From: Lama glama
Lineage: Eukaryota
Assembly: GCA_028534125.1 (NCBI GenBank)
Contig: CM052817.1
Span: 19,656,001 to 19,720,000 of the forward strand
DNA: 64,000 bases
Reading direction: 5' to 3'
The position numbers and the translations under genes are program-made. The notes under the pieces were generated by a model that was not told where the DNA came from, did not search any database, and worked only from the letters and a program-made list of their open reading frames with translations. Positions 40,186 to 52,719 of the stretch are shown here, piece by piece; the stretch's first letter is position 1; every line of letters starts with the position of its first letter.

Positions 40186-41016
40186 GTCTAGAAGGATTCT
40201 ATTTACCAAATTAGCAAAGATGTTTGTGGGAAATGATCCAGCATTGCTGGGGAGTTCAATAATGGCTCCCCAAGGTAGGATGAGGCTGACAGTAGGAGAT
40301 AATGTTATAAAACTGGGCTTCCTAATGGCTTTTGAAATAATATCTCAGAATAGCAGAAGGCAAATGACAGAAACAAGACAGACATAAAACCATAATGGGC
40401 ATAAAGGTTGTTAACAGAGCATGGGAACTCAAGGGAAAAGATCAATGGGCAGCAAAAAATATCTGTTTCTTAACATCCATCACAGGTATTTATCAAGGTT
40501 GAATGAGCCAGAGGGTGAAGTCAATTCTCAATGGACTCTCATGGCCACTGCTCTAGTTTTTGTAGCTTATCCATTTCTCAGCCCAAGAAATAATGGTTTA
40601 AAAGAGAGGCAAGACCCTATGAAGTGAGACTCTGTAACATTATAGCAAATGTCTACAGTGATCATTCTACCCCACTTCTTTTTCTAACGCATCTGACAAT
40701 TGATAGAGTAATTGTACACTGAGGTAAAGGACTTCAATGGCTAATTGGAAAAATTTGCTATTGATACAGATATTAGATACCTAAGTTGCCATTACAGTTG
40801 CCATGGTAGAGCACAGGCACATACAATCCAGTCATAAAAGGACTTCAGGTCCAGGTTTGACTCACAGAAGATCCATTAGGTCCCCAAACCCTCATGATGA
40901 TCACTTTTCTAATTTACAAATATATAATCAGAAAGGACATCTGCAGTAGTCTGCAGACATCACAATTAATTTCTGTGGAGTAAGAAGAATAGTAGGAAAG
41001 GCCAGATGCCAGCCCA

Positions 41017-41372
41017 TCAACATTATGCACCCAATCCAGGAGTGCCTAAATATATAAAACAAATATTAACAGACATAAAGGGAGAAATTGACAATAATAC
41101 AATAATAGTGGGGGACTTTAACACTCCACTTACATCAAATGGACAGATCAGACAGAAAATGAGTAAGAAAACAGTAGTCATAAATGACATTAACCAGTTG
41201 GACTTAATAGATGTCTAAAGGTCATTTCATCCCCAAACAGCAGAATATACGTTCTTTTCAAGTGCACATGGCATATTCTCCAGGATAGATCACATGCTTG
41301 GCCACAAAACAGTCTGAACAAGTTTAAAAGGGTAGAAATTATATCAAGCATTTTTTCTAACACAATACTATG
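41017..41372 (+). mobile_element. L1 ORF2 endonuclease fragment
   Basis: YAPNPGVPKYIKQILTDIKGEIDNNTIIVGDFNTPLT and FSRIDHMLGHK motifs. Confidence 0.95.
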
Positions 41373-41579
41373 TTTATAAGTTGTTCTGTTCATAATACTT
41401 GGCTCAACTGGTTTTTAGGAGTTAAGGTGGTGAATTAAATAGTTATATCATGGGGACCACAATCTGCATTTTAAAAGTTTCCATAGGTGTCATTATTTTC
41501 CCTTGGGCTGTATTTTGTTCATTATTTATTGTATTTTATGAAAGGGATCCATTTAAGAGGCTTCCATTTGGCCCTGTAT

Positions 41580-43185
41580 TCAAACCCTCTCTCTCTCTTC
41601 TCCTGAAAACTATCTAATGAGAATGTTGATATGCTTGATATTATTCCAAAGATCACTTAAACTGTTCTCTTTTTTAATTTTTTGGTTTTTGCTGTACTTA
41701 TTGGAGGATTTCCATTATTCTATCTTCCAGATCACTTATGCATTTGTCTGTATCACCCAGTCTGCTGTTCATTCCTCCTAGTATGTTTTCATTTTATTTG
41801 CTATATTCTTCACTTTTTTCTGGTTCTTTTTAGTATTTTCTAGTTCTGTATTAAAATTCTCACTGTGTTCTTCAACACTTTTCTAATTCAGTTAGTATTT
41901 TAATTACTAGTGCTTTGAATTCCTTATCTAGCAAAGTATTTATTCTGTTTCATTAGTTGTTGTTGTTGTTTTTTTTCAGGGTTTTTCTCTTGCTTTGTCA
42001 ATTGAAACAAATTCCTCTGTCTTCTCATTTTGCTCATCTTTCTCTTCTCTGTGAAATTATGTGAAACGTTCACCTATGGCAGCCTTGAAGGAGTGTCCCT
42101 ATGTGGGAGCATCCCTGTACAGTCTGTGTGTGTCCAGTGGCTTTGGTGGGGGGCTGGGTTTGATGCGAACGTAAGTCATGTTTTTCCTCAGGGTGTTTTG
42201 GCAGATATCACCTTGGCAGGAAGGGAGGATGGAGATGGAAGTGCTAGAGTCAGAGCCAGTTGTGAGGCGGGGCTTCCTCTCTGCTCAGAGGCTCTCACTA
42301 CCCTGTTGGGGGTGGGATCAGGTCCCGAGTTGCTGGAGCAGAAGTCCTGAGTTCCCTTTATGTGTGTGCTCTTTCCCCTCCCAGCACTGGCCCTCAGCCC
42401 CAGGGGAGAGCGGTGCTGGCGCAAGTGAGGCTAGTTTAGGTGTTCAGCGAGAGTCAGGGCACAGGCTGTGGTGGTCCGGCGGTTGTCAGAGATCGGATCT
42501 GCCTCTGATGTACAACTTGCAGAATTGACAGTAATGGCTGCCCCCTTCCTGCTTAGACACAGCTTAGGGTTTGAGCCTTCATAGCGTTTTATGACTGAGC
42601 TTTTCCCTTGGTCGTGGCTGCCCATGCTCCAGTGTGGAGCTGTAAGAGGAGGCCAAGGGTGCTGGAGTGCTCACTAGGTTCAGCTGGGGGTGTGCACCAG
42701 GGAGGTCATGAGAAAGCAGTCAGCCAGCTGCATGGTTTCAGCCCCTCCTTTCCTCCCTGTTTTGGGAGCAAACAAGCGTTCGCTTATACCTCAGGAGCAG
42801 AGTCCAATCTTACTACAGCCTTTATGTTGGTCCCATGAGCTCTCCAACCAGACAAGGAGGCTTGTCTTTCTTTGGTTGAATCCCAGGGCTGGGGTGTCCA
42901 ATATGTGACTTGAACCACTCACTCCCCAGGGGCAGTCTCTGTGCTTATAACCTGCCTTTTCTTCTGAGTTTCCTCCCAGGAACACAGGTCCTGATTGCTT
43001 CTCTTCCCTTCCTACCTGATTTGGTTTGTATCTTCCTTACAGCCTTGGTTGTACAGGAGTCATTCTGCTAGTCTTCAGTTAGTTTTCAGTGAGGATTGTT
43101 CCACACGTAGGTGTATTTTTGATGTGTTCTTGGTAGGGAGGTGAGTTCCAAGTTCCTCCTACTCTGCCATTTTGATTTGAGTCCA
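41580..43185 (-). mobile_element. L1 5' UTR plus N-terminal half of ORF1
   Basis: Reverse complement starts aaaatggcagagtagaggaacttggaactcacctccc; GC-rich 5' UTR; ORF1 SLSDLWNNIKHINIL motif near 41600-41665. Confidence 0.85.
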
Positions 43186-43308
43186 AAAAGAGAATTTGGG
43201 AGTACTTCCAAATATAATGGTCTACAGTAATAATACTGTTATAAGATGTAGTATTTTTTTCTAGAAACCTACAACATTTTAAACCTGTAGTTGTTTATAA
43301 AAATCACA

Positions 43309-43405
43309 AACTCCTAATTTATCCCTTCCCCTCTTTCCCCTTTGGTAATCATAAGTCTGTTATAATGCTAAAAGAATATGAAAAAGAATATATATATATA
43401 TATAT

Positions 43406-43449
<44 letters not shown>

Positions 43450-43512
43450 GAATTACTAGGCTGTACACCAGAAAATAACACAATATTGTAAATCAACTAT
43501 ACTTCCATTAAA
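43309..43512 (+). mobile_element. 204-bp twin-primed L1 3' end with internal (TA)n
   Basis: Inverted L1 piece 43309-43360, sense piece to polyA, TSD AAAAATCACA (43299-43308 and 43513-43522). Confidence 0.85.
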
Positions 43513-44539
43513 AAAAATCACAGTGGAACTGGAAGTACGTAAAATAAAAAGAAGGAAAAAACAATCAGGTCTGCATATAAAAATCTTCATCTGGATACCT
43601 TAGTAAAACATCACTCCCAACCACTTGCCTAGCTTAGCTGCTTTTTCTGATGCGTTTGTTTACACTTGTTAGAGAACAACCACCACCTACGGTGCTAAAT
43701 TCAGCCCTTAGTTACAGGCTGGCAGCTCCCCTTGGCTGTCATGTACTTGCAAGAGCAGAATTTGGCCTGCAGTGATTCAAGTGGATGAGGGGCAGATAAA
43801 CAACCTTCAAAGAGCTAAAGTGGCCATGAAGCTGAGGCTCAAAAGAGGAAATGGTGAAGGGGATTAGGCGGAATGAAAAAGGGATTTTGTACAGCAGCAT
43901 TGTGGGAATCTCTTACTTACACTTTTTGAGCAGTAAGAACATCGCAACCCCCTGGAGTTCTTAAAGAGCATCCTTAACTATGAAGTCTGATATCTCAGTC
44001 ATTCCTTGGGCAAAGTAGCATTGCCTTAAAAGTTGTCAGTCAATAGAAGATATGCTTTAAGGACTGTCAATGACTGACATTGCAATTTTTTCCCCACTAG
44101 AAAAGAAAAATACCACCTTTGTCCTCCGTTTTTACTAAAATCTCATCTAATGTACAGTGCCATAAGAAAGGAAAGAGAGAGATAAGGAGCCTGTTGATGG
44201 CACAGTTCTCTGCTTGTCTTTCATACGTAGTTAGGAATGGGGCTTAAACGTGTTCCTACCCATCAAACATCTTCCAGAGAAAACAGCTCTTATGGAAACC
44301 CACACAGAGAAATATAATTCTGCTTTAGAAGCACCCTTTAGAAAAGTGATTCTTTTGAATTTGGAGTGCCATTTTTTAAAGCAGAATAACTTTTTTATTC
44401 TGTTTGAGTTTAAAAAAAAAAAAACAATTCCAAAAGGCACTTTATGGGATTTTTTCCCAAGTTTTTTGCTTTCTTATGTAATATAGTTGGAAATATATTT
44501 TGTAACTTTTAGTTTAAAAGTGTTTTTGAAGCATATCAC

Positions 44540-44710
44540 CCCTTATTAACCAAACAATTCTGCAACTATATATTACTATAATGGCTTGCACATGAAGAAA
44601 CTAAAGCTTTGAGAGGTTAAGTAACTTTTCAAAGTTCCATTGCTATCAAAATCAAAGCTCAGATTTAAATCTAGTTCTCTAAAGTCAAATTCTATGTGAT
44701 TTCCACTGTC
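44540..44710 (-). mobile_element. MIR SINE
   Basis: catgaagaaactaaagctttgagaggttaagtaactt core. Confidence 0.8.
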
Positions 44711-45146
44711 ATGCCCTGTTATATGGAAATAGAGTTTTAAAATACCAAGTAATTTTGCTATTATGAAAAGAGATAATCATATTCTTCAAGAAAAATCAAA
44801 ATAATTAACTTATTTGCAAGATTTTTGAAATCACAGCCAAGGTCTTCTCCATAAAATGAGAAGTTACTTATCACTTTGAACCCCAGCTGCGTCATACAGC
44901 GATATAACACACAGCACATATCAGACATTTTTCCATAAAGCCCAATAATGTTGTATTTTTAGTAGTTTCCAAGAACTCTGAATAATATTAGCCTTGGATG
45001 TTTCCCATCTCCCAGACTCCCTCAACATGAGTTTATTTTTCTTTTTTATGTCACAGTAGCCATCTATTCACTGAGAGTCAGAACTGTTATATTATTCTTG
45101 TGTGATATAGATAGTGGGTGTCTGTGTGTGTGTGTAGAAGATTTAG

Positions 45147-45400
45147 TATAAGCCAGACACAGAAATACAAATACTGCATAATCTCACTTTTATGGGGAAC
45201 GTGAAATAGTCAGATTCATAGAAGTAGAGTAGAATAGTGGTTGCCAGGCTTGGAGGTGAGGAGGAGGAGATGGTCACCAAAGGGTACAAAGCGTCAGTTA
45301 TGCAAGATGAATGAGTTCTGGACACCTAATACACAGCATGGTGAGGATGGCTAACAATACTGCATTGCATACTTCACATTTGCTGAGAGGATAGATCTCC
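45147..45400 (+). mobile_element. L1MA/MB 3' UTR fragment
   Basis: ataagccagacacagaaa...gtagaatagtggttgccagg...gggtacaaagcgtcagttatgcaagatgaat. Confidence 0.85.
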
Positions 45401-46362
45401 AGCTGGTCGCTTTTTCGTATATTTAAGTCCTACCAAGACATAATTGAGCTCTCTCACTTTCTTTTCACTTTATTGTGTTGTCTACCATATAGATCCACAC
45501 TTCTTCATCATAATTCTGCCAAAAATCACTGATCCTTTGAGTGATTTTTTCCCATGTATGATTTTCATTTCAATTACTGTCAGAGAAGTACCTGACATTC
45601 AGGCAATTCTATTAAGAAAACATGCAGAGTATTATCCTTTGAATGTTTCTTCACTTTTTCTTTTCAGTTTATGTTGACTATCTTCTCCATCTTAACTCCA
45701 GTTAAGTACATCCACCTTCAGTATCTAGATATTTCATTTCTTACTGAATTTTCTTCAATGAATCAGTGATTCAATTACGAATAGCTCCAGATGAAGCCAT
45801 CGTCCATTTAGAGAGCTTAGGCTCTTCCCTATGTTCCATTATAAATGGATGTTAAATGGTATATGGATTAAAAAATAAATTTCCTTTTCTAACTCTGTAA
45901 CAGTGTTTGAGACTGCAAGTATCTCATTTGAGATTATAAGAAATTTGTCAGTGTTTTCTTGCAAGGATATTTGCAGTTATGGACAATTAATGCTTATTAA
46001 CGAGTCAATAAAAAAAGACCCCAAAGGGAGGAATGGTACACGGATACTTTTTGATTGCTATTCCTGGGGAATTTTTTTTTTTCATCTGAAACATGAATTC
46101 CTTGGAAAGGAAGGAAGGTAAAGCTTCTACTAAGGAGTCTGGGCAAAGAAGCAGCAGTAGAATTAGTCGACTTATTCAAAGAATATGTATTGAGTGCCTA
46201 ATGTGTTAAAGGCAGTTCTGATGAGCACAAAGATGACAGAATAAACTGTTTCATTAACCTCAATTAGCTCACAATAGCGAGTGTGATAAATAAGTAATCA
46301 ATTAATTTTAAAAAAGTAATTACGGGAAATGGCTTGATAAAAGTGGAAAAGAATTGACTATA

Positions 46363-46576
46363 CAGTGGACTCTTGAGCACCACAGGTTTGAACTGCAGGA
46401 CCACTTACACACAGGTTTTTTCACTGTATACATATGCAGTACTACACGATCAGCTATTGGTTGAATCTGTGGATGCAGAACTGCGAATATGATGGCTAGC
46501 TATAAAGTTATATGTGGATTTTCGATGCTGTGGAGGGTCAACATCCCTAACCCCTATGTTGTTCAAGGGTCAACTG
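46363..46576. mobile_element. Tigger2-family MITE (TcMar-Tigger)
   Basis: TIRs cagtggactcttgagcacc / gttgttcaagggtcaactg flanked by TA on both sides (46361-62, 46577-78). Confidence 0.9.
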
Positions 46577-46629
46577 TATCTATATCTATAGCATTCGATA
46601 TCTAAGGAATTCCAAATGCATGTCATTCA

Positions 46630-48120
46630 GTATAAAGTCATCACTCTGGCTGCTGTTAAATTAAAAGTCTGAAGATTGTAGGAGAATATGACTGTAACCT
46701 AGGCATGATGATGACTGTGGAGCAAAGGGGTAGCAAATGTGATGAGTTTGGGTATATTTGGAAGCTGGAGGCAACTGGATTGGTGGATTAAAGGAATTTG
46801 TAAGAGAACGTGAGGAGTCAAGGAAATCTCTAAGAATTTTGGACTTGACAAGTGGAAAGGAGAAGTTGCTGTCAATTGGGATGGGGAAGGTTTTGGATAC
46901 ACCAATTTTCAGGGAGATTTTCAAAGTTCCACTTTTAGGCTTTTAAATGTTTTTGGTATATATTAAAATATTTTTTCTTCTTTAAGCTTTTTGTTCTAAA
47001 TTCTATTTATGTTTGTTTTTGATATATAGGAATTGTATAATCATCCTAACTTATTTATTTATTAAAATATGTTAATTATGCATCTCTTAAATGTCAGATA
47101 CCTTAGTCAATAGAAATATTATCTTTGCTCCCATGGTACTTATAGTCTGTTTATTGGGGAAAATATTAAAGAATTAATAAATCACTATCTGATATTAATA
47201 TACATACACATATTTTATTTATCATGCTGTCACATGCTGATAAGTGTAAGATGAATTATTTTAAAATAAGAAGAAGTTTTTCATGTATAGCAGACTTCTA
47301 TTTAATCTAGGCTCTCAGAAAAATGCCTTTCTTTGGACAAGAAATTTGGGCTGGCATCTGTATGAAAGAAGAATCGGTCATGGAGCTATCTAGAAGAATA
47401 TGAGAATAAATAAGCCAGTGAGTCCAAAGCAGGAGAGCTTTTGAAATGTTAGAAGCATGAAACTCAATGAGGAAAGAAGAGGCAATAAAAGATGAGTAAG
47501 GGAGCAGTCATGGACCTGCTCATGTCAGAACTTAGGAGAAAATGTGAATATTTTTCTGAGTGTGATGGGAAACCATTGGAGAACTTTGATTAGAGGAGTG
47601 TCAGGGACATATTTAAAACTAAAAGAATCATTTGAAAAAGATAGACTTATAGATATATATGTGTGAGGGGTGCTAATATTGGGGGAAAAAGACCATTTGA
47701 GAGGAGATTTCAATGTTACAGTTCAGATATGTTATAAACTTGGACTTAGGTGGTATTTGTGGAAAGAATTTCAGAAGCATTTTGAAGATTGAACTACAGA
47801 ATTTGTTGATGGATTGAATAAAGGATGGAGAGAAAGAGAGTTTCCAGGACAGCGCCAAGATTTTTGATCTGAGTCACTGGAAGAAAAGAGATGCCATTAT
47901 TATGATGAGGAATATTTGGGGACACTGGGTTTAAATGGAGCTTAAAAGTGAGTTTTATAGTATTACAAGTTATATATACCAAAGGAAATATTGAATAAAA
48001 ATCTGAATAAACATGTCTCTTGTTCAGCAAAGACCTAGTGGCTGGACTTGAACCTATGAACTTGGGTTGTCTGGAAGAAGAAAACTAGGAAATCAGTATA
48101 TAAACAGAAGAAAATTAGTC
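46630..48120 (-). mobile_element. L2 LINE relics (several fragments)
   Basis: gtgatgggaaaccattggagaacttt; atttgttgatggattgaat; tgaggagtcaagga motifs. Confidence 0.75.
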
Positions 48121-48929
48121 TGAGAAGTAGCCAATGGGGTTAAATTGATTATCTTTTAAAACATGCCCCCCACCCCCTTGAGGGCCTAGCAGAAGACACC
48201 AGGTACCTCATGAGTGAGAGTCTCTGCTGATCACACGTCAGGGGGGTCGGGGAGGCACATGTGGAGGCGGGGCTTCTAGCTCCCATGAAGGATACAGAAC
48301 ACTAAGAAGGCGTGTCTTGGGCCCTCGATGCGAAGACCAGGTGTCCCTGAGGCATGTTGATTCTCAGAGCTGCTGGTTCCAGAAGCTTGCTCCCCAGCCG
48401 GCACTGATGTAAGGTTCTGGGCTACAGGCTTCTGCCTAATGGGCCACCAGAACTGCTGATAGGGACTGAGGTTTCAGCAGCTGGCTGGCAGTTGACTGTG
48501 TTTCTCTCATTTTTGCTAAGTTTGAAGGTGAATGGTACCTGGATCCTGTACCTCCCTGATGTCACTGGAGGACAAGGATGATCCCCTGAGAGGAAGCCTG
48601 AATATGAGCCTGTGATACAGCTGAGCTTTATCAGATGCCATCCCAGGCTCTGACTTTGTAGAGTCCAAGCACTGCAACACAGCTCATCTCTCATTCTAAG
48701 TCCTGAGCTTCAGACCTTCTTTTTAACCCATTCTGAGGGCCTTCGACCCTAGCACCTCATCTCCTGCTTGCACCTGGGACATTACTTTGTATCTCTGATT
48801 CTCCCCGTTCATCCCCGCCAATTGAGCTCTGAAGCCCTGCTCTGCCTCCCCAAGTCTTACATCAACACTGCCCAAAGGTTGTAATATCCAGCAGAAGTGA
48901 GCTTACTTGGAAAGTTTAGACACATCCAG

Positions 48930-49062
48930 GTATATGGTGACAGATCTTAATTAGACTTATTATGATGATTATTTCACAATATACACAAATATTGAATTAT
49001 TATTTTGTATACCTGAAACAAATATAATGTTATATGTCAATTATACCTCAGTTAAAAAAATA
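48930..49062 (+). mobile_element. L1MA-type 3' terminus with polyA
   Basis: tgtatacctgaaacaaatataatgttatatgtcaattatacctcagttaaaaaaa. Confidence 0.85.
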
Positions 49063-49396
49063 AGAACAAAATAAATCTTTTTGATGTATGTCTAAAGATT
49101 AATATACTCTTCTAAATATGATGAATTTTTGTTTATATGCCTGGTGACAGGTAAGTCAACAAACACAAGTATTTTAAGCATCACAGTTGTTTCAGGGTAT
49201 ATGGAAGACATCATCCTTACCAAGTACCAAGTATGCTTTTCAAATTCTGTTGGAAAGTGTTTAGATGGCAATCTGAAGACTATATCCTTATCTTTTGAGA
49301 ACTTGTTATGAAATGTTCCCGTTTTACACAATTAGACAAAACATATCAAACAGAGGCCAGTCCTCAAGGATTTAAAATTCAATGCAGAAAATAGTT

Positions 49397-49583
49397 TATA
49401 CAGATAAAGTGATAAACAATAAGTTCCTACTGTATATGACAGGGAATTCTATTCAATATATTATAATAGCCTATAATGAAAAAGAATATGAAAAGGAATA
49501 TATATATGTATAACTGAATCACTATGCTGCACACCAGAAATTAACACAACATTGTAAACCAGCTATATTTCAATTTTCAAAAG
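49397..49583 (+). mobile_element. 5'-truncated young L1 3' end
   Basis: taactgaatcactatgctgcacaccagaaattaacacaacattgtaaa; same family as 16217 and 43309. Confidence 0.9.
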
Positions 49584-49728
49584 AGATGATGGCTGTCCCA
49601 ATTCATAGACCGGCCAGTTGCTTGGCAGTTCAAAGTTCAATGTCATGTAGAAGTGTAGTCACTGAATGTTCTACATATCTCCGATATCAACTACCATGCC
49701 TACTCATGCTGCTTTAAAAAAAAAAAAG

Positions 49729-50250
49729 TGTTACAGAATCCAAGCCCATACCGCTTGCCACATAACAGCCCAATAAATCGAGAGACAAGGTGTTGGGGCA
49801 AGGATTGGTGATTTTATTCAGAAAGCCAATACACTGAGAAGATGGTGAACTAGTGTTCCAAAGAACCATCCTACCTGAGTTAGAATTCAGACTGCTTTTA
49901 TACTAAAAGGGGAAGGAGTGTACCCGATTGTTGCAAACTTCTTGGTGCAGAAATCGTTTGTTCTTGCAGCTTGCAGAACATTTTTGAAGTTCAAGTATGT
50001 TTGGTCACAATGTTCCTGTAAACCTCCAAAAAAAAAAAAAAATACTATTCTCTGCTCTGTGACTTTTTATCTCTAGAAGAATGGAAAAGTGTTAAACCTT
50101 TAAAGGTCAGAGCCTTGAGAATGGGCTATCATGTACATTTCAGGCTATAGACAACCGTCTTTTACAAAAGATGCAGAGCCAGCATGACTAAGCACAGGCA
50201 ACAGAGCACAAGGGTTAGAGCTAAAGGAGTCAGGTTTGTTCTCTGTTACA
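49729..50250 (-). mobile_element. ERV1-class solo LTR
   Basis: TG...CA termini and perfect 4-bp TSD AAAG (49725-28 and 50251-54); antisense AATAAA (ttttatt, about 49813) and TATA (ttttata, about 49895). Confidence 0.9.
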
Positions 50251-50419
50251 AAAGTTCAGGTGCTGGCAAAGAGGAAAAAATCAAGGGTGCATGATAACTA
50301 TTTCCTCAACAAGATCTCTAATCGTACCCTTTTGTCTGACTGCCTGGAAGAATAGCCTTTTTCATGGTGCTCATTGTTTTCAGTAGGCTTTGCCTCATCT
50401 CAGTCTGACCCCAAGTTAA

Positions 50420-50690
50420 ATAACGTAATATAATGGGTAAATGCCGTAAAATAGATACAGCCTTCGGATAAGCCTAAATCTGAAATCAAATCCCAACTCT
50501 CCTATTAAGAGGGAAGATGTTATCTTGGGAATATTACTTAACTTCTCTGACACAGTTTGTATTTCTGTTAAAAGTGGATAAGCAATATTTCCTTAAAGGG
50601 ATTGCAATGATAATAAATATGATATAAAATACATATACATCGTTCAGAAAAATGCAAAGTATATTTTAGGCAGTCAATATACAGTAATTC
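50420..50690 (+). mobile_element. MIR SINE
   Basis: ttacttaacttctctgacacagtttgtatttctgttaaaagtggataa core. Confidence 0.75.
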
Positions 50691-52619
50691 TTTTTATGTA
50701 AGCACACCATCATTTTGAGTTTTATAAAATTATTTTAACACTAGAAGGGATATTATAGTGGCAGAAAATACATGGTGTACTTTCCTGTCCTTTCTCTTCT
50801 ACTTTTTCCATTACATAATTTTAGGAATAAAAATATTTGTGTATATTAAGAAAATATTTTTAAGTGCTTCACAAGTCTATACCAGTTAGTGTAGACTCTG
50901 GGAATACAACTGAGGCCATGACACAAGACCTAGCGCCTGCTTTGGTAGTGATTCCACTTATTTCAAGCTTTGAGCTCCAGTATTTGGTCAATGAGAAACT
51001 CAAGGAATAAAGAAAGACAACAGATTTCAGGAAGCAAGTAGATATAGGAAATTATGGAAATTTAACTAAGGAATTCTGGCCAGGTGAGAGGTAGGTGAGG
51101 GGAATAGAAAAAAGATTCAGTTTGCCTAATGAAGTTTGGGAGAGAAGAGAGTGGATATAGAGGGAAAGAGGAGTCCCAGAGGATTGATCATTCCTTCTTT
51201 TTCCCCTTTCACTTTTCAGCTCAATACCTTTAATCCTGCCATTATAGGTGGCTCCCTGAACTAGCTCTGAAAAGAGCTGAAAGTCTGGATGGATTGGTAG
51301 TGAAAGAGTGTTCTTGTCAGCAGTTATCTAAGGACGAGAGAAAGAACAGGACACTTGTTACCTCAAGCAGCAAGGAGAGAAGAGAATGCCAATATGCACC
51401 ACAGAATGATTTATATTATTTTTTTTACAGTTTATGTTAACAGTCTATTGAGATATTCTGAGCTTTCAATAGACGCATTTCAAATACAAGATGGGCTTAC
51501 TAGACAAAGTAGAGGACCTTACATCCCTTTCTTGAAAAAGAGTATCTCTATTTTTTCCCTATTGTATTTGTGTTTAACATATAATTTTTATGACAAAAAT
51601 TGTTTCTCTGGGGAAAAAAGGAAAGAAGGAAAGATAGAAGGTAGGTGGATAAAAAAAATAAGAAGAGGAGGGAAGGAACACCTATTCTACATGCAGAAAG
51701 CACATGTTAAAAGCCAGTTGATTGGTAGAAGCAGTAATGTATCCAGTTGTAGGAGGGGAAAGAAATGTAGTGGAATGGTAGTGATGAAGACGGTTTTATG
51801 GAGATGCAGCTGAGGTTCCACTTTGGAATCTGTGTAATATTCAAATAAATAAGAAAGTGTAGCAATCTAAAGATTGGGGGAATAAATTTAGACAGATGGA
51901 GATAAGAATAATCCTCAAGTATGCCCATTGTTAACAATTTTGAGTGTTCCTCTGATGGTGACTAACATTTGTCCCTGTGTTTCCTCATTCCACAAAGCTA
52001 AGGGGGTTTTAGTAAAGTTCTCTATGGGCCACCAATCTCCCCCCGCTGATAAATGTGTTAGCTTTCTACACTACTGCTGAAACCCACTTGGACAAATTGA
52101 AAACAATTCTGTTTTCATCAACATTAAATTACAGATAGAAAATATTGTATGGGAATTATAATTTGATAAATGGGAACATTCTGAGTCCCATATTGAGTCC
52201 AGATGGTTACAGTGTCTTTAATACATGCATCCATTTGGCATTGGCAAGTTTGTGTATCACAGTCTCTTTTGCATTTATGTTTAATGATGGATAGATTCCA
52301 AATAATACAAGATGTTCTTCAACATGTTAAACTTCTGGTGAGTAAGTGAGCAGACAGTGAGCTCTCTTTTTCCCAAGGTACTGCATGCTTTCAGCATAAC
52401 TGTTCAGAGGGGATCTGAACTTCAGACTGATTAACTGATGTTTTCCTATCCCAGGCAAAAGAGAGAATAAAATGAATGATTGCTTCCCTCCAAAAGGAGA
52501 AAATATACTTAATCTGAACTGTAAAGTTTAAAGTGCATCTAAAATTCCAGAATATTTTCTTCATTCTGCAGCCAAATGTTGAATTCAGGGCAACTTTCAA
52601 TGAGGTCTAAGGTTTGGGG

Positions 52620-52719
52620 NNNNNNNNNNNNNNNNNNNNNNNNNNNNNNNNNNNNNNNNNNNNNNNNNNNNNNNNNNNNNNNNNNNNNNNNNNNNNNNNN
52701 NNNNNNNNNNNNNNNNNNN
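52620..52719. other. Assembly gap (100 N)
   Basis: Run of N. Confidence 1.

Larger units (their letters stand above)
38414..41012 (+). mobile_element. ERVL internal region (ERV3-16A3-type): degraded gag and protease, interrupted by an LTR and MER20
   Basis: Frameshifted gag motifs KVRVLI..WDGDV (about 39260-39310), KPITKIK, ILRVLNQ, LTVGDNVIKLGFL; protease-region motifs RVIVH*GKG, LGPQT, IVGKAR (about 40700-41005). Confidence 0.85.

Noticed and set aside
42030..42985. Cluster of ORFs in GC-rich sequence suggesting a gene or CpG promoter
   Set aside because: Explained by an antisense L1 5' UTR.
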